From Thermoanaerobaculia bacterium (lineage in GTDB: Bacteria; Acidobacteriota; Thermoanaerobaculia; Multivoradales; UBA5704): DNA of 14,517 bases. This document shows, piece by piece, positions 1-8,319 of this stretch. Where the stretch lies: positions 1-14,517 of the forward strand of contig JBGAGQ010000104.1 in assembly GCA_044226625.1 (NCBI GenBank), in the 5' to 3' direction. Every line of letters begins with the position of its first letter. Position 1 is the first letter of the stretch. Both the position numbers and the translations under genes were made by a program. Below the pieces are notes generated by a model. The model was given only the letters and a program-made list of their open reading frames with translations, was not told where the DNA came from and did not search any database.

Positions 1-2168
1 TGGTCAAGCAGCGGACGCTCGGCACCTATGCGGGAGCGCAGCCGGTCGGCGTCGTCTTCCATCCGGTCGAGCCGCGGGTCTACTTCTCGTGGGCGACGAC
101 CACCCAAGTGCGTGAGTACGAGACCGCGGGCTACACGCAGTTGGGCTCTTACGACGCCGGCTTTACCTTCACCACCCCGGGCAACGCCTACCAGTCGGGC
201 CGTTTGAAGATGTCGCGCGACGGATCGCTGCTGTTCGTCATGGTCGCCGGCGGTATCCGATATTTCAACCTCTATACACCGCTCTCGGCGTCGAGCCCCT
301 CGGTTTCGACGGTGGAGGATACGGCGCTCGGCGTCACGCTGGCGGCCTCGATCGGTAACGGCGGCACGATCTCCTATGAGGTGGCGACGGAGCCCGAACA
401 TGGCATCTTGACCGGCGACGCGCCGGATCTCACCTACACGCCCGATCCGGACTATTCCGGTCCGGACTCCTTCACCTTCGTCGCGACCTACGGCCGCGCG
501 CACGCGACCGGAACGGTTTCGATCGACGTCACGCCGGTGAACGATCCGCCGACCGCCGATTTTCAATCGGTCGGAACGGATGAGGACACGTCAGTGTCGA
601 TCCACCTGACCGGCACCGACGCGGACGGCGATGCGCTCATGTTCGCGCTGGTTTCGACGCCCGCGCACGGCACCCTCTCGGGATCGGCTCCCGATCTCGA
701 GTACACACCCGAGGCCGATTTCTCCGGTTCCGATGAACTGAGCTTTACGGTGAGCGACGGCCAGGCGACCAGCGCGCCGCGAACCATTCCGATCTCGGTC
801 GCGGACGTAAACGATCCGCCGGTCGCCAACGCGGGCTCGGTTTCGACGAATGAGGACACGGCCATCGCGGTGGTGCTCTCGGGCTCGGACGTCGAGGGCT
901 CGGCGCTAACCTTCACGGTCGTCACGGCGCCGACTCATGGCAGTCTCACGGGGAGCGCCCCGAATCTCACCTACATACCGGCCGCGAACTATGACGGTGC
1001 GGATTCGTTCACGTTCACGGTGAGCGACGGCGAGGCGACGAGCGCTGCGGTGGCTGTATCGATCTCGATTGCCGCCGTCAACGATCCGCCCGTGGCGAAC
1101 TCGGGCTCGGTTTCGACGAACGAGGACACGGCCGTGGCGGTCGTTCTCTCGGGCTCGGACGTCGAGGGCTCGGCGCTGACCTTTGCGATCGTCTCGGGGC
1201 CGACTCATGGCAGTCTCACGGGAAGCGCCCCGAATCTCACCTATACGCCGGCCGCGAACTACGACGGTGGGGATTCGTTCACGTTCACGGCAAGCGATGG
1301 CGAGGCGACGAGCGCCGCGGTGGCTGTGTCGATCTCGATTGCCGCGGTGAACGATCCGCCCGTGGCGCACGCGGGCTCGGTTTCGACGAACGAGGACACG
1401 GCTGTCGCGGTGGTGCTCTCGGGCTCGGACGTCGAGGGCTCGGCGCTGACCTTTACGGTCGTTATGGCGCCGACTCATGGCAGTCTCACGGGGAGCGCCC
1501 CGAATCTCACCTACACGCCGGCCGCGAACTACGAGGGGTCGGATTCGTTCACGTTCACGGTGAGCGACGGCGAGGCGACGAGCGCCGCGGCGACGGTATC
1601 GATCGCGATCGCCGCGGTGAACGATCCGCCGGTCGCCAATCCGGGATCGGTTACGACGAATGAGGACACGGCCGTGGCGGTCGTCCTCTCGGGCTCGGAC
1701 GTCGAAGGCTCGGTGCTCACGTATGCGATCGTCACGGCGCCGACGCACGGAACGCTCTCAGGCACCGGGGCGAACCGAACGTATACGCCGGCCGCGAATT
1801 ACAACGGGTCGGATTCGTTCACGTTCCGTGTAAACGACGGTCAGGCGAACAGCGCGCCTGCGACGGTTTCGATCTCGATCGCGGCCGTCAACGACGCGCC
1901 GGTCGCGGTGGCCGACTCCGGGGCCACCAAGAAGAAGACCGCGGTCGTGATCGCGGTGCTTGCGAACGATTCGGACGTCGATGGCGATGCGCTGGCGATC
2001 ACTTCGGCGGGACCCTCGCCGCAAGGGGGCACCGTCACGATCGTCGGGACGACGGTGAGTTACACCCCGGCTCCGTCTTTTGTCGGGGTCGCGACCTTCC
2101 CGTATTCGATCGCCGACGGCCACGGTGGCACGGCGACCGCGACGGTGACGGTCTCGGTGACGAGGTAA
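1..2168 (+). CDS. Large surface/adhesin-like protein, 5'-truncated: beta-propeller-like segment followed by tandem Ig-like/cadherin-like (Big_9 / tandem-95-type) repeats
   Basis: The frame is open from base 3 (VKQRTLGTYAGAQPVGVVFHPVEPRVYFS...), so GTG108 is probably not the true start. Repeated units VNDPPVA..T.EDT..L.GSD.EG..LT...P.HG.L.G..PNLTY.PAANY.G.DSFTFTVSDG are typical of these Ig-like repeats. Stop TAA at 2166-2168. Confidence 0.88.
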   Translation, partial: VKQRTLGTYAGAQPVGVVFHPVEPRVYFSWATTTQVREYETAGYTQLGSYDAGFTFTTPGNAYQSGRLKMSRDGSLLFVMVAGGIRYFNLYTPLSASSPSVSTVEDTALGVTLAASIGNGGTISYEVATEPEHGILTGDAPDLTYTPDPDYSGPDSFTFVATYGRAHATGTVSIDVTPVNDPPTADFQSVGTDEDTSVSIHLTGTDADGDALMFALVSTPAHGTLSGSAPDLEYTPEADFSGSDELSFTVSDGQATSAPRTIPISVADVNDPPVANAGSVSTNEDTAIAVVLSGSDVEGSALTFTVVTAPTHGSLTGSAPNLTYIPAANYDGADSFTFTVSDGEATSAAVAVSISIAAVNDPPVANSGSVSTNEDTAVAVVLSGSDVEGSALTFAIVSGPTHGSLTGSAPNLTYTPAANYDGGDSFTFTASDGEATSAAVAVSISIAAVNDPPVAHAGSVSTNEDTAVAVVLSGSDVEGSALTFTVVMAPTHGSLTGSAPNLTYTPAANYEGSDSFTFTVSDGEATSAAATVSIAIAAVNDPPVANPGSVTTNEDTAVAVVLSGSDVEGSVLTYAIVTAPTHGTLSGTGANRTYTPAANYNGSDSFTFRVNDGQANSAPATVSISIAAVNDAPVAVADSGATKKKTAVVIAVLANDSDVDGDALAITSAGPSPQGGTVTIVGTTVSYTPAPSFVGVATFPYSIADGHGGTATATVTVSVTR
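540..2165 (+). repeat. Intragenic tandem repeat, 270-bp (90-aa) period, 6 clear units plus one degenerate unit upstream (~285-539)
   Basis: AACGATCCGCC/AACGACGCGCC (N-D-P/A-P) recurs at 540, 810, 1080, 1350, 1620 and 1890. The units at 810-1619 are near-identical at DNA level. Confidence 0.95.
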
Positions 2169-2181
2169 CCCGGACGCCGGA

Positions 2182-2221
2182 GGCCGGCCCCCGATCCGCT
2201 CCGAGCGGGTCGGGGGCGGCC
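2182..2221. terminator. GC-rich stem-loop after the adhesin gene (possible terminator or mRNA-stabilising hairpin)
   Basis: GCCCCCGATCCGCT-CCG-AGCGGGTCGGGGGC at 2187-2217 forms a 14-bp stem with one G-U pair, extendable by GGCC/GGCC. No adjacent U-tract. Confidence 0.5.
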
Positions 2222-2247
2222 CAAGGCTCTGTCGGTCCGCCTTTCGG

Positions 2248-2253
2248 TATCCT
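2248..2253 (+). promoter_or_regulatory. Putative -10 element (TATCCT) for a leaderless or very short-leader transcript
   Basis: TATCCT ends 9 nt before ATG2263, and there is no Shine-Dalgarno sequence in between. Confidence 0.4.
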
Positions 2254-2262
2254 CGCGGCCGA

Positions 2263-5200
2263 ATGCGCGTCGACACCTTCGCGTCCCAGCTTCCCGAGCG
2301 ACAAGCCGCCGAGATCGCCCTCTCGATTTGGGGGCTTTCAGGGACGCTTCGCCGGCTGCCCGGCGAATACGACGACAACTTCCGGCTCACGCTCCCGGAC
2401 GGCTTGGAGCGGGTGCTCAAGGCGATGCATCCGGAGCGCGCGGGGGAATTCGTCGACCTTCAAGCCTCGGCGCTGGCGCATGTGGAGCGGAACGCTCCGG
2501 ACCTCGAAATGCCCCGTGTGGTGCCCACCCTCGCGGGAACCCCATGGGCTCGGGTCGACACCTCGGAGGGCGCGCGGCTCGTCTGGATGCTCGTCTGGGT
2601 GCCGGGGCGCCCGCTCGCCGAAGGGTCGTCGCGGCCGCCCGAGTTGCTCGAATCGGTCGGTCGGCTGCTCGCTGGCCTAGGGGCGGCACTTTCCTCGTTC
2701 GACCACCCCGCGCTCGATCGCGAGCTGCGCTGGGATCTCACGCGGGCCCGCTGGATTCGCGACCACCTCGGGCGGATCGAGGACGGCGCGCGTCGGGCGA
2801 TCGTCGAGCGGTCGCTCGATCGGTTCGAAGAAGAGGCGAGCCCGGCGCTCGCTGACCTCTCGAAGGTCGCGATCCATGGTGACGCGAACGATTGGAACGT
2901 GCTCGTGCGCGGGAACCGGGGGCGCGGCCCCGAGGCCGTTTCGCTGATCGATTTCGGCGACATGGTTCGCTCGCCGCGAATCTGCGATCTGGCGATCGGC
3001 GCCGCCTACGCGATCTTCGGAGCGGCCGATCCGCTCGCCGCGCTCGCGGCGGTGGTGGCGGGATTCGCGCGGGTATCGCCTCTTGCCGAGACCGAGGCCG
3101 AGATTCTCGCGACGCTCGTCTCGGCGCGGCTCGCCGTCTCCGTGACGAACGCCGCGATCCGGCGCGCGCTTGCGCCCGACGATCCTTACGTCTCGGTGAG
3201 CGAGGCGCCGGCCTGGGCGACGCTCGAGGCGCTCGATCGGATGCCGCCGCGGTTTCTGCGCGCGAGGCTCCGGCACGCCTGCGGGTACTCGCCGTTTACG
3301 GGCTTGCGCCTCGATCCCATTCTCACCCTTCCCGCCGCGCCGATTCTCGCGCCGTCGCTGCTCGATCGGTTGGCGCAGGCCCGACCGCTCGATCTCTCCG
3401 TCGGAAGCCTTCTCCTGGGCGCCGACCCGAAGAACTTGGCACCGGAAGGGATTCGCCAGAGGATCGAACGAGAGTTGGGAGAGGGAGAGGAAGCGGCGAT
3501 CGGCTTCGGTCTCTACGGCGAGGCGCGCCTGCTGGGCCCGCTTCCGATCGAACCGGGACGGGAACAGGAGACGATCCAGCTCGGCGCGGAGCTTTTCCTG
3601 CCGGCTGGAAGCGAGATCGCTTCGCCGCTTCCCGGAAGGGTAATCAATATCCTGACCGAAGCGGGGGCGCGGATGGCGTTGGAATTCGGCGAAGTGCCGA
3701 AAGCCTGGGCGCTCTGGTCTGGCCTGGCCGTCGATTCCCTTCCTCCCGCGGGAACGGAGATCGTGCCCGGCGCGCCGATCGGCCGAGTGGCGCCGCCGGA
3801 AGAGAACGGCGGTTGGCCGCCGCACGTCCGGCTTCAGATCGTGCTCGACGATCTCGGCCTCGGCGCACGGTTCCCCGCCGCCGCGCGGCCGAGCGAAAAA
3901 ACGGTCTGGCGGGCGCTGTCGCCCGATCCGACGCCGCTGCTCGGCGTGTCGAAAGAACGGCTCCCCGCACCGGGTCCCGCTTACGATCAGATCCTCGCGG
4001 CGCGCCGCGACCGCCTCGGGCGGAACCTCTCGCTTTCCTATCGCCGTCCGCTGGAAATCGTCCGCGGCTTCGGGCGCCATCTGTTCGACGCCGAGGGCCG
4101 CTCGTATCTCGACGTCTACAACAACGTCGCCCACGTCGGCCATCAGCATCCGAGAGTGGTCGAGGCGATTCGCGAGCAGGCGGGTCTCCTCAACACGAAC
4201 ACCCGGTATCTCCATCCGAACTTGGTCCGTTACGCGGATCGTCTGACGGCGAAGATGCCGCCGCCGCTCTCGGTCGTCTATGTCGTCAACTCGGCGAGCG
4301 AAGCGAACGAGCTCGCGCTCCGCCTCGCGCGGGCGGCCACCGGCGGGCGCGACCTGATCGTGCTCGAGGCCGCCTACCACGGCCACACGACGAGCTTGAT
4401 CGACGCGAGCCCGTACAAGCACGACGGTCCGGGCGGCGCCGGTGCGCCCGATTGGGTATACACGGCACCGATTCCCGACGACTACCGCGGCGCGTGGAAA
4501 CGGGGCGATCCGGGGGCCGGCGCGGGCTTCGCGCGATCGGTCGAGGAGATCGCGGCGCGGCTCGCAGCAGAAGGCAAGCGCGCGACGTTCCTCGCCGAGA
4601 CGTTCCCGAGCGTCGGTGGGCAGATCGTCCCGCCGCCGGGCTATCTCGACGCGGTCTATCGGGCGATCCGCTCGCGGGGCGGCGTCCTGATCGCCGACGA
4701 GGTGCAGACGGGATTCGGCCGGCTCGGCCGCGCGTTCTGGGGCTTCGAGCTCCAAGGGGTCGTCCCCGACATCGTGGTGCTCGGTAAGCCGATCGGCAAC
4801 GGCCATCCGCTCGGAGCGGTCGTGACCACGCCCGAGATCGCCGCGGCGTTCGACAACGGGATGGAATTCTTCTCGACCTTCGGCGGTAACCCGGTCTCCT
4901 GCGCGGCCGGTCTCGCGGTGCTAGACGTGCTCGAAGAGGAGGGGCTCCAGCAGAACGCTTTGCGTCTCGGCGACCGCCTGCTCGAAGGCCTCCGCGGTCT
5001 GGTCGAGAAACACGAGATCGCCGGCGACGTGCGCGGCGCCGGCTTCTTTCTGGGGCTGGAGCTGGTCAGGGATCGGCGGACGCTCGAGCCCGCGGCCGAA
5101 GAAGCCTCCTACGCGGTCGATCGCCTGTGTGATCTCGGGATCCTCGCCGGGACAGACGGCCCGCACCAGAACGTAATCAAGCTCCGGCCGACGATGGTCT

Positions 5201-5268
5201 TCGAAGAGGAAGACGTCGGCCGCGTGATCGCGGGCCTCGATCGGGTACTCGGGGAGTTGAACGTGTGA
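2263..5268 (+). CDS. Fusion protein: APH/hydroxylysine-kinase-like phosphotransferase + degenerate M23-like domain + class-III PLP aminotransferase-fold enzyme (phospho-lyase-like)
   Basis: Kinase motifs [22 protein letters not shown] and IDFGD. Class-III PLP motifs [42 protein letters not shown] (PLP lysine) and FSTFGGNP. The middle segment has an M23-like layout ([22 protein letters not shown]). Confidence 0.9.
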   Translation: MRVDTFASQLPERQAAEIALSIWGLSGTLRRLPGEYDDNFRLTLPDGLERVLKAMHPERAGEFVDLQASALAHVERNAPDLEMPRVVPTLAGTPWARVDTSEGARLVWMLVWVPGRPLAEGSSRPPELLESVGRLLAGLGAALSSFDHPALDRELRWDLTRARWIRDHLGRIEDGARRAIVERSLDRFEEEASPALADLSKVAIHGDANDWNVLVRGNRGRGPEAVSLIDFGDMVRSPRICDLAIGAAYAIFGAADPLAALAAVVAGFARVSPLAETEAEILATLVSARLAVSVTNAAIRRALAPDDPYVSVSEAPAWATLEALDRMPPRFLRARLRHACGYSPFTGLRLDPILTLPAAPILAPSLLDRLAQARPLDLSVGSLLLGADPKNLAPEGIRQRIERELGEGEEAAIGFGLYGEARLLGPLPIEPGREQETIQLGAELFLPAGSEIASPLPGRVINILTEAGARMALEFGEVPKAWALWSGLAVDSLPPAGTEIVPGAPIGRVAPPEENGGWPPHVRLQIVLDDLGLGARFPAAARPSEKTVWRALSPDPTPLLGVSKERLPAPGPAYDQILAARRDRLGRNLSLSYRRPLEIVRGFGRHLFDAEGRSYLDVYNNVAHVGHQHPRVVEAIREQAGLLNTNTRYLHPNLVRYADRLTAKMPPPLSVVYVVNSASEANELALRLARAATGGRDLIVLEAAYHGHTTSLIDASPYKHDGPGGAGAPDWVYTAPIPDDYRGAWKRGDPGAGAGFARSVEEIAARLAAEGKRATFLAETFPSVGGQIVPPPGYLDAVYRAIRSRGGVLIADEVQTGFGRLGRAFWGFELQGVVPDIVVLGKPIGNGHPLGAVVTTPEIAAAFDNGMEFFSTFGGNPVSCAAGLAVLDVLEEEGLQQNALRLGDRLLEGLRGLVEKHEIAGDVRGAGFFLGLELVRDRRTLEPAAEEASYAVDRLCDLGILAGTDGPHQNVIKLRPTMVFEEEDVGRVIAGLDRVLGELNV

Positions 5269-5303
5269 CGAGCGAGAGCCCGCCTCGCTTCAAGGGAGCC
5301 GGC

Positions 5304-6926
5304 TCAGCTCTTCGGCACCGCGTGGAACTCCGAGCGGCCCCAGATCGTCGCGCCGTCGGCGAGACCGCCGATCGTGAACGCGATCTTTTGATCGACGTTC
5401 CGGACCTTGATCACGGTCTGGAAGCGGGCGAGCGTTCCGGCCGGAGGGACGGTCCCCGGCAGGTTCAGCTGCAAGCGCGAGCCCGCGAGGTCGGAGCGGC
5501 GGCCGTCTTGGTCGACGATCGCCACGGCGAGCGGCAGCTCGATCCGCTGCGGGCCGGGCGCGCGTCCTTCGAGCAGAAGCTCGACCGGGACGCCGAGCGT
5601 TACGGGGACCTCGACCTCTTTACGGCTCAGCCGTTTCGCCGTGCCGAGCTGAACGAAGAGCCGGGCGCGGCGCGGATCGCCGCCGAGCAGCAGCACCCCT
5701 TCGGCGCGCGCCGCCACGACGTCGCGCTCGGAGCGATCGAGGAACGAACCGCGAGAACGGACGACGAGTCCTGGACGCGTGACCTTCACCTCGACGCGAT
5801 GGCGGGTCTCATTCGCCGGCCAGGTGGGGCTGAACCCGAGGAGATAGTAGGAGCTGGTGTCCTCGGCGACGGCGGGGAGGATGCGCAGGTCGGCCGCGAC
5901 CACGGCGCGTCCGCCGGTCGCCCGGCCGAGCTGGTCGAACGAGGCGACCTCGCGCGGGTTCGAGTTCGCGAGGTCGATCGGGTAGATCGTGTAGCCGTTC
6001 TGATCGGCGGCGGCGAGCAGCGGGCCGAAGAGGTGCCCCGCGACCTGCATCGACCACGCGCCGGATAAGAGCAGCATCACTTTGCGTCCGGGCGGAGCGT
6101 CGAGCCCGCGGATGGCGCCGGTGAGCGCCTCGGTCATTTTGCCGACCTCGGCGCGCGCCTCCGGGCTGATCCGTTTCGACATCGAGTCGATCAGGTTGCG
6201 CGCGGCGTTGGCCCCCTGGGTCGTGTCGCCGTCGGCGAGCGCGTCGCCGTTTTCGCGGATCCACTCGGCGTCTCCTTCCAGACGGCGCTGGTCGGCGAGC
6301 AGCTGGTTGCCCGACGAGGGGCGTTGGCGCGCGCGCTCGAGGCCGGCAGCCACCTCGCGAGGATCGCCGGTCCACGGGCAGAGGACGTCGATCTTCTTGC
6401 CGTCGAACGCGAGGATGGAGACCCGATCCGTCGAGGTGAGCGTCGAGAGGTCGGTCGCCAGGCGTTCGAGCACGACGTTGCGCACGTTGGCGAGCGCAAA
6501 CACGTCATCGATGTAGATGAGGTAGTTGCGGGCGACCCGCTCGGGTGCGGCCGCTCCGAGGCTGGCGCTCGGCGCCGCCGTGTCCGGAGGGTTCGCCCGA
6601 TCGGCCGCCGGCAGGACCTCCGCGCCCTCGGCGATCTCCGAGAAATAGTCGACGCCGACCCGCTTGCCGTCCACCTCGAGATCAAAGTCGCCGCGAGCCA
6701 GGCCGCGCACGCGATGGCCGGCGGAGTCGGTGATCACCGCTTCGACGTTGACGACGCGGACCTCGACCTCCTCGCCTTCGAGGCGGGGAGGAGGCTGATC
6801 CTTCCCGTACGTGCCGCCCGCGACGAAACCGGCGGCGAGGAGGATCACGGCGAGAGGAGAGGGCGAAAGCCGGAATCGGAGCACGGGGCCTCCAGAGGCG
6901 ATGACGAGGCGGATCGGAGATTTCAA
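5304..6926 (-). CDS. Secreted VWA-domain protein (acidobacterial VWFA-related family)
   Basis: Hydrophobic signal-like stretch (LAVILLAAGFVAG), family-typical N-terminal VEVRVVNVEAVITD..G..VRGL...DF.L.VDGK...V.YF, then GRKVMLLLSG, ATGG and SYYLLGF.P...H.VEVKV.RPGL.VRSR. The TTG start is uncertain, but a CATAAT -10-like hexamer lies at 6949-6944. Confidence 0.85.
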   Translation of the reverse strand: MKSPIRLVIASGGPVLRFRLSPSPLAVILLAAGFVAGGTYGKDQPPPRLEGEEVEVRVVNVEAVITDSAGHRVRGLARGDFDLEVDGKRVGVDYFSEIAEGAEVLPAADRANPPDTAAPSASLGAAAPERVARNYLIYIDDVFALANVRNVVLERLATDLSTLTSTDRVSILAFDGKKIDVLCPWTGDPREVAAGLERARQRPSSGNQLLADQRRLEGDAEWIRENGDALADGDTTQGANAARNLIDSMSKRISPEARAEVGKMTEALTGAIRGLDAPPGRKVMLLLSGAWSMQVAGHLFGPLLAAADQNGYTIYPIDLANSNPREVASFDQLGRATGGRAVVAADLRILPAVAEDTSSYYLLGFSPTWPANETRHRVEVKVTRPGLVVRSRGSFLDRSERDVVAARAEGVLLLGGDPRRARLFVQLGTAKRLSRKEVEVPVTLGVPVELLLEGRAPGPQRIELPLAVAIVDQDGRRSDLAGSRLQLNLPGTVPPAGTLARFQTVIKVRNVDQKIAFTIGGLADGATIWGRSEFHAVPKS

Positions 6927-7105
6927 GGGAATCGGTCGTGGAGATTATGCGGCGCGCCGCGCGCTTCGCGCCGGCCGAGGGACGAGAGAGCACATTTTCG
7001 CTTTCGCGCAGGGCTCGCGGCGCGACCTTTCCAACACCATCAAATTTTGTAGGCACCGCGCGGCGCTCCCGATCACAACCCCAAGACTTTGGGAAGGAGG
7101 CATCC

Positions 7106-8293
7106 ATGCTTTCTCGGTCGAAGTGTCTCAACCATGCGGCTCGAGCGCTCGCCATCGCGGGGCTCGCCGCGCTCACCCTCGGCTTGCCCGCGTTCGCACG
7201 GGACGAGGCGCCATCGCTCCGTTTCTCGCTCGACGGCCGCGCCCTCGCCGCGCTCGCGCTGGGGACGAACCATCAGCCTTCGGCTGTCGGCGGGCCGGCC
7301 GCGCCGGCGACCGTGGTCGAATTCGTCGAAGCCGCCCCGGTCGCGGACGGCGCAAAATCCCAGCTCGGACGTGACGCGAACACGGTGATCCGCGGCACGC
7401 ACCTTTCGCCACGCGGAGATCTCCTCGCGGTCCAGGTAGATATGGGCCCTCGTCCGACCGCTTGGCTCGTCGACGCCTCGGATCGCTCGGGGCAGACGAC
7501 GCGCCCGCTCGCTCCCGGGGCATCGGGCGAATTCCTGGCTTGGCATCCGAGCGGCCGGTTCGCGCTGTTCAAAGCGGTGGAAATCGACGTCAAGGATGCC
7601 GGCCTGTGGGTGGTCGACACCTCGAACGGCTCGCATCGGCGGCTTTCTACCCCTGAGATCGGCGCGGCGGAAGGGATCCTCGCGGGGGCGTTTTCGCCCG
7701 ACGGCTCAAGCGTCGTCTGGGCGTCGAGCCGCGGTCTCGGTTTCGGCAGCCAGATCTGGACCTCCACCCTGCGCGGCGGCCAGCGCCGCCTGCTGGTCGA
7801 CCAGCCGAACGGGATCGTGGGCGCCCTTTCCTATTCGCCGGACGGCCGGACGATCGCGTTCAACACGCTGTTCGACTCGCCGGTTCCCTTCGCGCCCGCG
7901 GGGGTCTGGGTGGTCGAGGCCCAAGGGCGCAGCAAGCCGCGCCTCCTCGCCGAGATGGACGGTGGCCACGGCGAGCGGCCATATTGGACGAAGGACTCCT
8001 CGGCGCTCCTTTACGTCGCGCGCGAAAACCCGCTGGACCGGAGGGCGGACCACGCGTCGGAGGCGTTGGTGAGCAGCATCCGTAGCGTCGACCTGGCGAG
8101 CGGCCGCGAGACCGTGCGGGTGCCGGCCGACGGCGCGCGCCAGATCGATCTCGCGCCCGGCGCATCCGGAGACTGGTATTTCGCCTCCAACCGAGAGGGA
8201 TCGCTCGAAATCTGGCGTCTCGACGCCGCCGGCGCCCTGTCCCAGGTCACCCACGACGGCACGCCGAAGCGGTATCCCACTTGGGTCCGTTGA
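7106..8293 (+). CDS. Secreted TolB-like (PD40/WD40) beta-propeller protein
   Basis: GGAGG RBS 5 nt before ATG7106 and a signal peptide ending LPAFA. Blade motifs LSPRGD, WHPSGR, FSPDGS, YSPDGRTIAF, WTKDS and FASNREGSLEIW..QVT..P.W. Confidence 0.85.
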   Translation: MLSRSKCLNHAARALAIAGLAALTLGLPAFARDEAPSLRFSLDGRALAALALGTNHQPSAVGGPAAPATVVEFVEAAPVADGAKSQLGRDANTVIRGTHLSPRGDLLAVQVDMGPRPTAWLVDASDRSGQTTRPLAPGASGEFLAWHPSGRFALFKAVEIDVKDAGLWVVDTSNGSHRRLSTPEIGAAEGILAGAFSPDGSSVVWASSRGLGFGSQIWTSTLRGGQRRLLVDQPNGIVGALSYSPDGRTIAFNTLFDSPVPFAPAGVWVVEAQGRSKPRLLAEMDGGHGERPYWTKDSSALLYVARENPLDRRADHASEALVSSIRSVDLASGRETVRVPADGARQIDLAPGASGDWYFASNREGSLEIWRLDAAGALSQVTHDGTPKRYPTWVR

Positions 8294-8319
8294 ATCACGG
8301 AGCTCCGGAGAAAGAGACC

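Noticed and set aside
540-2165. Periodic repeats as a CRISPR array or DGR template/variable repeats
   Set aside because: The units are 270-bp in-frame coding repeats with no unique spacers, and there is no cas or reverse transcriptase gene in the window.
2263-3300. Aminoglycoside resistance kinase
   Set aside because: The APH fold is present, but its fusion to a class-III PLP enzyme points to hydroxylysine-kinase-like metabolism.
2677-4806. Long alternative ORFs (709 aa antisense, 631 aa frame-shifted) and similar ones elsewhere (8398-9639, 11796-13070, 5265-6068)
   Set aside because: They are Arg/Pro/Gly-rich shadow ORFs expected in high-GC DNA, overlap well-supported genes and carry no recognisable motifs.
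5269-5303. Short hairpin between the convergent fusion and VWA genes as a terminator
   Set aside because: The stem is only about 6-7 bp with no U-tract, which is indistinguishable from chance in GC-rich DNA.
6938-7105. ORF-track N-terminal extensions (also at 8281, 9548, 10485, 10754, 11047, 11832, 12907)
   Set aside because: Downstream starts have an RBS, signal peptide or family-typical N-terminus, and the extensions run through promoters or neighbouring genes.
7106-8293. Genuine tolB of a Tol-Pal system
   Set aside because: No TolB N-terminal domain is evident and no tolQRA/pal genes are adjacent.
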